From: an uncultured beta proteobacterium
GTDB lineage: Bacteria > Pseudomonadota > Gammaproteobacteria > Burkholderiales > Burkholderiaceae_F
DNA: 64,000 nucleotides
Direction of reading: 5' to 3'
Assembly: GCA_963841815.1 (NCBI GenBank)
Contig: CAWJEE010000027.1
Location: 52,800-116,799 of the forward strand
The notes under the pieces are model-generated. The model was not told the DNA's origin. It did not search any database and worked only from the letters and a program-made list of their open reading frames with translations. A program made the translations under genes and the position numbers. This document shows, in pieces, positions 61,979-64,000 of this stretch. Positions within the stretch are counted from its first letter, which is position 1, and each line of letters starts with the position of its first letter.

Positions 61979-62062
61979 ATGTACCCCCACGTTCACATTC
62001 GTTCTCTGCCCCCCGAGGGGGCGCACGCCTCCCTTGAGGCGGCTCGGCGGGAGGCGCCATGA
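61979..62062 (+). other. 27-codon ORF in the narG-narH spacer (MYPHVHIRSLPPEGAHASLEAARREAP*); coding status unknown
   Basis: The ATG lies 7 nt after GGAGAGG. The stop TGA overlaps the narH ATG (ATGA). The region also forms two hairpins. Confidence 0.3.
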
Positions 62063-63582
62063 AAGTACGCGCACAGATCGGCATGGTGCTGAATCTCGAC
62101 AAGTGCATCGGCTGCCACACCTGCAGCGTCACCTGCAAGAACGTCTGGACCAGCCGGCCGGGCGTGGAGTACGCCTGGTTCAACAACGTCGAGACCAAGC
62201 CCGGCATCGGCTATCCGAAGGAGTGGGAAAACCAGGACAAGTGGAACGGCGGCTGGGTGCGCCGGCCCGACGGCTCGATCGTCCCGCGCCAGGGCGGCAG
62301 GTGGCAGCTTCTGATGAAGATCTTCGCCAACCCGAACCTGCCGGAAATCGACGACTACTACGAGCCGTTCACGTTCGACTACGACCACCTGCACTCGGCG
62401 CCCGAGATGAAGGCCGCGCCGACGGCGCGTCCGCGCTCGCTGATCACGGGCCAGCGGATGGAGAAGATCGTGTGGGGCCCGAACTGGGAGGAGATCCTCG
62501 GCGGCGAGTTCGCCAAGCGCAGCAAGGACCGCAACTTCGACGACATCCAGAAGGACATCTACGGGCAGTTCGAGAACACCTTCATGATGTACCTGCCGCG
62601 GCTGTGCGAGCACTGCCTGAACCCGGCGTGCGTCGCGAGCTGCCCCTCGGGCTCGATCTACAAGCGCGAGGAAGACGGCATCGTGCTGATCGACCAGGAC
62701 AAGTGCCGCGGCTGGCGCATGTGCGTGTCCGGCTGCCCGTACAAGAAGATCTACTACAACTGGAAGAGCGGCAAGGCGGAGAAGTGCATCTTCTGCTATC
62801 CGCGCATCGAGGCCGGCCAGCCGACGGTCTGCAGCGAGACCTGTGTCGGGCGCATCCGCTACCTCGGCGTGCTTCTGTATGACGCCGACCGCATCGCGGA
62901 GGCCGCGAGCACCGAGCACGACAGCAACCTGTACTCGGCGCAGCTCGGCATCTTCCTCGACCCGAACGACCCGGCCGTGATCGAGCAGGCGCGGGCCGAC
63001 GGCATCCCGGAAGCGTGGCTGGCGGCGGCGAGGACCTCGCCGGTCTACAAGATGGCCGTCGACTGGCGCGTCGCCCTGCCGCTGCACCCGGAGTACCGCA
63101 CGCTGCCGATGGTCTGGTACATCCCGCCGCTGTCGCCGGTGCAGTCGCGCGCGCAGGCCGGCGAGATCGGCATGAACGGCGAGTTGCCCGACGTGCGCAG
63201 CCTGCGCATCCCGCTGAAGTACCTCGCCAACCTGCTGACCGCCGGCGACGAGGAGCCGGTGGCGCGCGCGCTGGAACGCATGATGGCGATGCGCGTGTTC
63301 ATGCGCAGCCGCCACGTCGACGGCGTCGACAAGCCCGCCGTGCTCGAGCGCGTCGGCCTGACCCGGGCCGAGGTCGAGGACATGTACCGCGTCATGGCAA
63401 TCGCCAACTACGAGGACCGGTTCGTCATCCCGACCACGCACCGCGAGTACGCCGAGAACGCGTTCAACGTGCGCGGCGGCTGCGGCTTCTCGTTCGGCAA
63501 TGGCTGCAGCGAGGGCGTGTCCGAGACGAGCCTGTTCGGCAGCGAGAAGAAACGCACGATCCCCATCAAGGCGACGGTGTAG
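62059..63582 (+). CDS. narH: Respiratory nitrate reductase beta subunit
   Basis: The 507-aa ORF has the Fe-S motifs CIGCHTCSVTC, CEHCLNPACVASCPSG, CRGWRMCVSGCPY and CIFCYPR. Confidence 0.97.
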   Translation: MKVRAQIGMVLNLDKCIGCHTCSVTCKNVWTSRPGVEYAWFNNVETKPGIGYPKEWENQDKWNGGWVRRPDGSIVPRQGGRWQLLMKIFANPNLPEIDDYYEPFTFDYDHLHSAPEMKAAPTARPRSLITGQRMEKIVWGPNWEEILGGEFAKRSKDRNFDDIQKDIYGQFENTFMMYLPRLCEHCLNPACVASCPSGSIYKREEDGIVLIDQDKCRGWRMCVSGCPYKKIYYNWKSGKAEKCIFCYPRIEAGQPTVCSETCVGRIRYLGVLLYDADRIAEAASTEHDSNLYSAQLGIFLDPNDPAVIEQARADGIPEAWLAAARTSPVYKMAVDWRVALPLHPEYRTLPMVWYIPPLSPVQSRAQAGEIGMNGELPDVRSLRIPLKYLANLLTAGDEEPVARALERMMAMRVFMRSRHVDGVDKPAVLERVGLTRAEVEDMYRVMAIANYEDRFVIPTTHREYAENAFNVRGGCGFSFGNGCSEGVSETSLFGSEKKRTIPIKATV

Positions 63583-63584
63583 CC

Positions 63585-64000
63585 ATGGCACGATTCGATT
63601 CGAGAACACCGAAGATGGCGCACTCGCTGCGCGCGCTCGCCTGGCTGCTGCGCTACCCGGACGCGGAGCTGCGCGCGGCCGCCGGCGAGCTCGGCGCCGC
63701 CCTGCACGACGAGGGCGCGCTCGCGGCGGGCCGGCTGGCCGAGCTCGACGCCCTGGTCCGGCGGCTGGTCGCCGCGCCGGGCCTGCGCGTCGAGGCCGAG
63801 TACGTGGAACTGTTCGACCGCGGCCGGCGCACCGCCCTGCACCTGTTCGAGCACGTCCACGGCGACAGCCGCGACCGCGGACCGGCGATGGTCGACCTGG
63901 CCCAGACCTACGACCGCGCCGGCCTGCAGCTCGTGCCCGGCGAACTGCCCGACTACCTGCCGGTGGTGCTGGAGTTCGCCAGCACGCAGCCGCCGGCGCA
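63585..64000 (+). CDS. narJ: Nitrate reductase Mo-cofactor assembly chaperone NarJ; 3' end lies outside the window
   Basis: The ATG is at 63585, 2 nt after the narH stop. The product contains EYVELFDRGRRTALHLFEHVHGDSRDRGPAMVDL...LPDYLPVVLEF. Confidence 0.9.
   Translation, partial: MARFDSRTPKMAHSLRALAWLLRYPDAELRAAAGELGAALHDEGALAAGRLAELDALVRRLVAAPGLRVEAEYVELFDRGRRTALHLFEHVHGDSRDRGPAMVDLAQTYDRAGLQLVPGELPDYLPVVLEFASTQPPA

Noticed and set aside
58020-62207. A 1395-aa ORF on the minus strand covering all of narG. Similar giant ORFs occur at 3160..6489 (-), 26095..29247 (+), 33201..35540 (+), 35718..37367 (-) and in the read-through part of 2394..5555 (+).
   Set aside because: They run antisense to, or out of frame with, genes that have unmistakable conserved products. 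Their translations are low-complexity and Arg/Ala/Gly/Pro-rich. Long stop-free shadow frames are expected at this GC content.
1-64000. A scan for tRNA/rRNA genes, IS elements, integrases, prophage, toxin-antitoxin or defence-island signatures, and for compositionally atypical islands.
   Set aside because: I recognised none. Every sizeable ORF with a credible product is housekeeping, transport, regulatory or respiratory. The only visibly less GC-rich stretch is the short promoter region around 51560..51660.

Overview
The window is a very GC-rich chromosomal segment that looks beta/gammaproteobacterial. That placement is an inference from gene content and synteny; nothing was searched. I call about 55 genes, almost all housekeeping, transport or respiratory. 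I saw no rRNA, tRNA, CRISPR array, transposase, integrase or phage genes.

Gene order, left to right:
- DUF482/FemAB-like gene (5' partial), EamA exporter, ppa, aldehyde dehydrogenase and an NhaP2-type K+/H+ antiporter.
- TRAP transporter 1 (dctPQM).
- hemY-hemX-hemD-hemC, then algR-algZ with divergent argH. This order matches Pseudomonas.
- TRAP transporter 2 (dctQM plus a convergent dctP).
- pmbA/yjgA, mogA, a carboxylesterase and pirin-doxX with a divergent LysR regulator.
- A 1016-aa membrane PAS-GGDEF protein, gluQ and an M20 peptidase.
- A three-gene multihaem cytochrome c / cytochrome b cluster.
- glcG-like, EamA, pepN, fbp, an ICMT-like methyltransferase, qor, EamA, DUF423 and sugE.
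- A lipoprotein hydrolase with a NatAB-like ABC exporter.
- A PEGA-domain Ser/Thr kinase, a lipoprotein and a Lon-like AAA+ ATPase.
- The respiratory nitrate locus: narL-narX divergent from narK1-narK2-narG-narH-narJ (3' partial).

Most notable observations:
1. An orphan 11-haem / cytochrome b / NapC-like multihaem cluster sits behind an Anr/Dnr-type box and encodes no catalytic partner.
2. A structured GC-rich intergenic repeat of about 350-600 bp occurs in at least three copies.
3. A near-consensus sigma-54 promoter and three 26-bp-phased upstream repeats lie in front of the Lon-like AAA+ gene.
4. Two short insertions sit exactly at start codons (the EamA gene and narH). Each creates a small ORF coupled to the downstream gene by an ATGA overlap.
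5. A multi-helix leader with a terminator-like hairpin precedes sugE.
6. By my hand count, roughly 45 single-base frame disruptions hit 19 otherwise well-conserved genes, in patches. These are most likely indel errors in the sequence, so those genes are typed as pseudogenes with that caveat.
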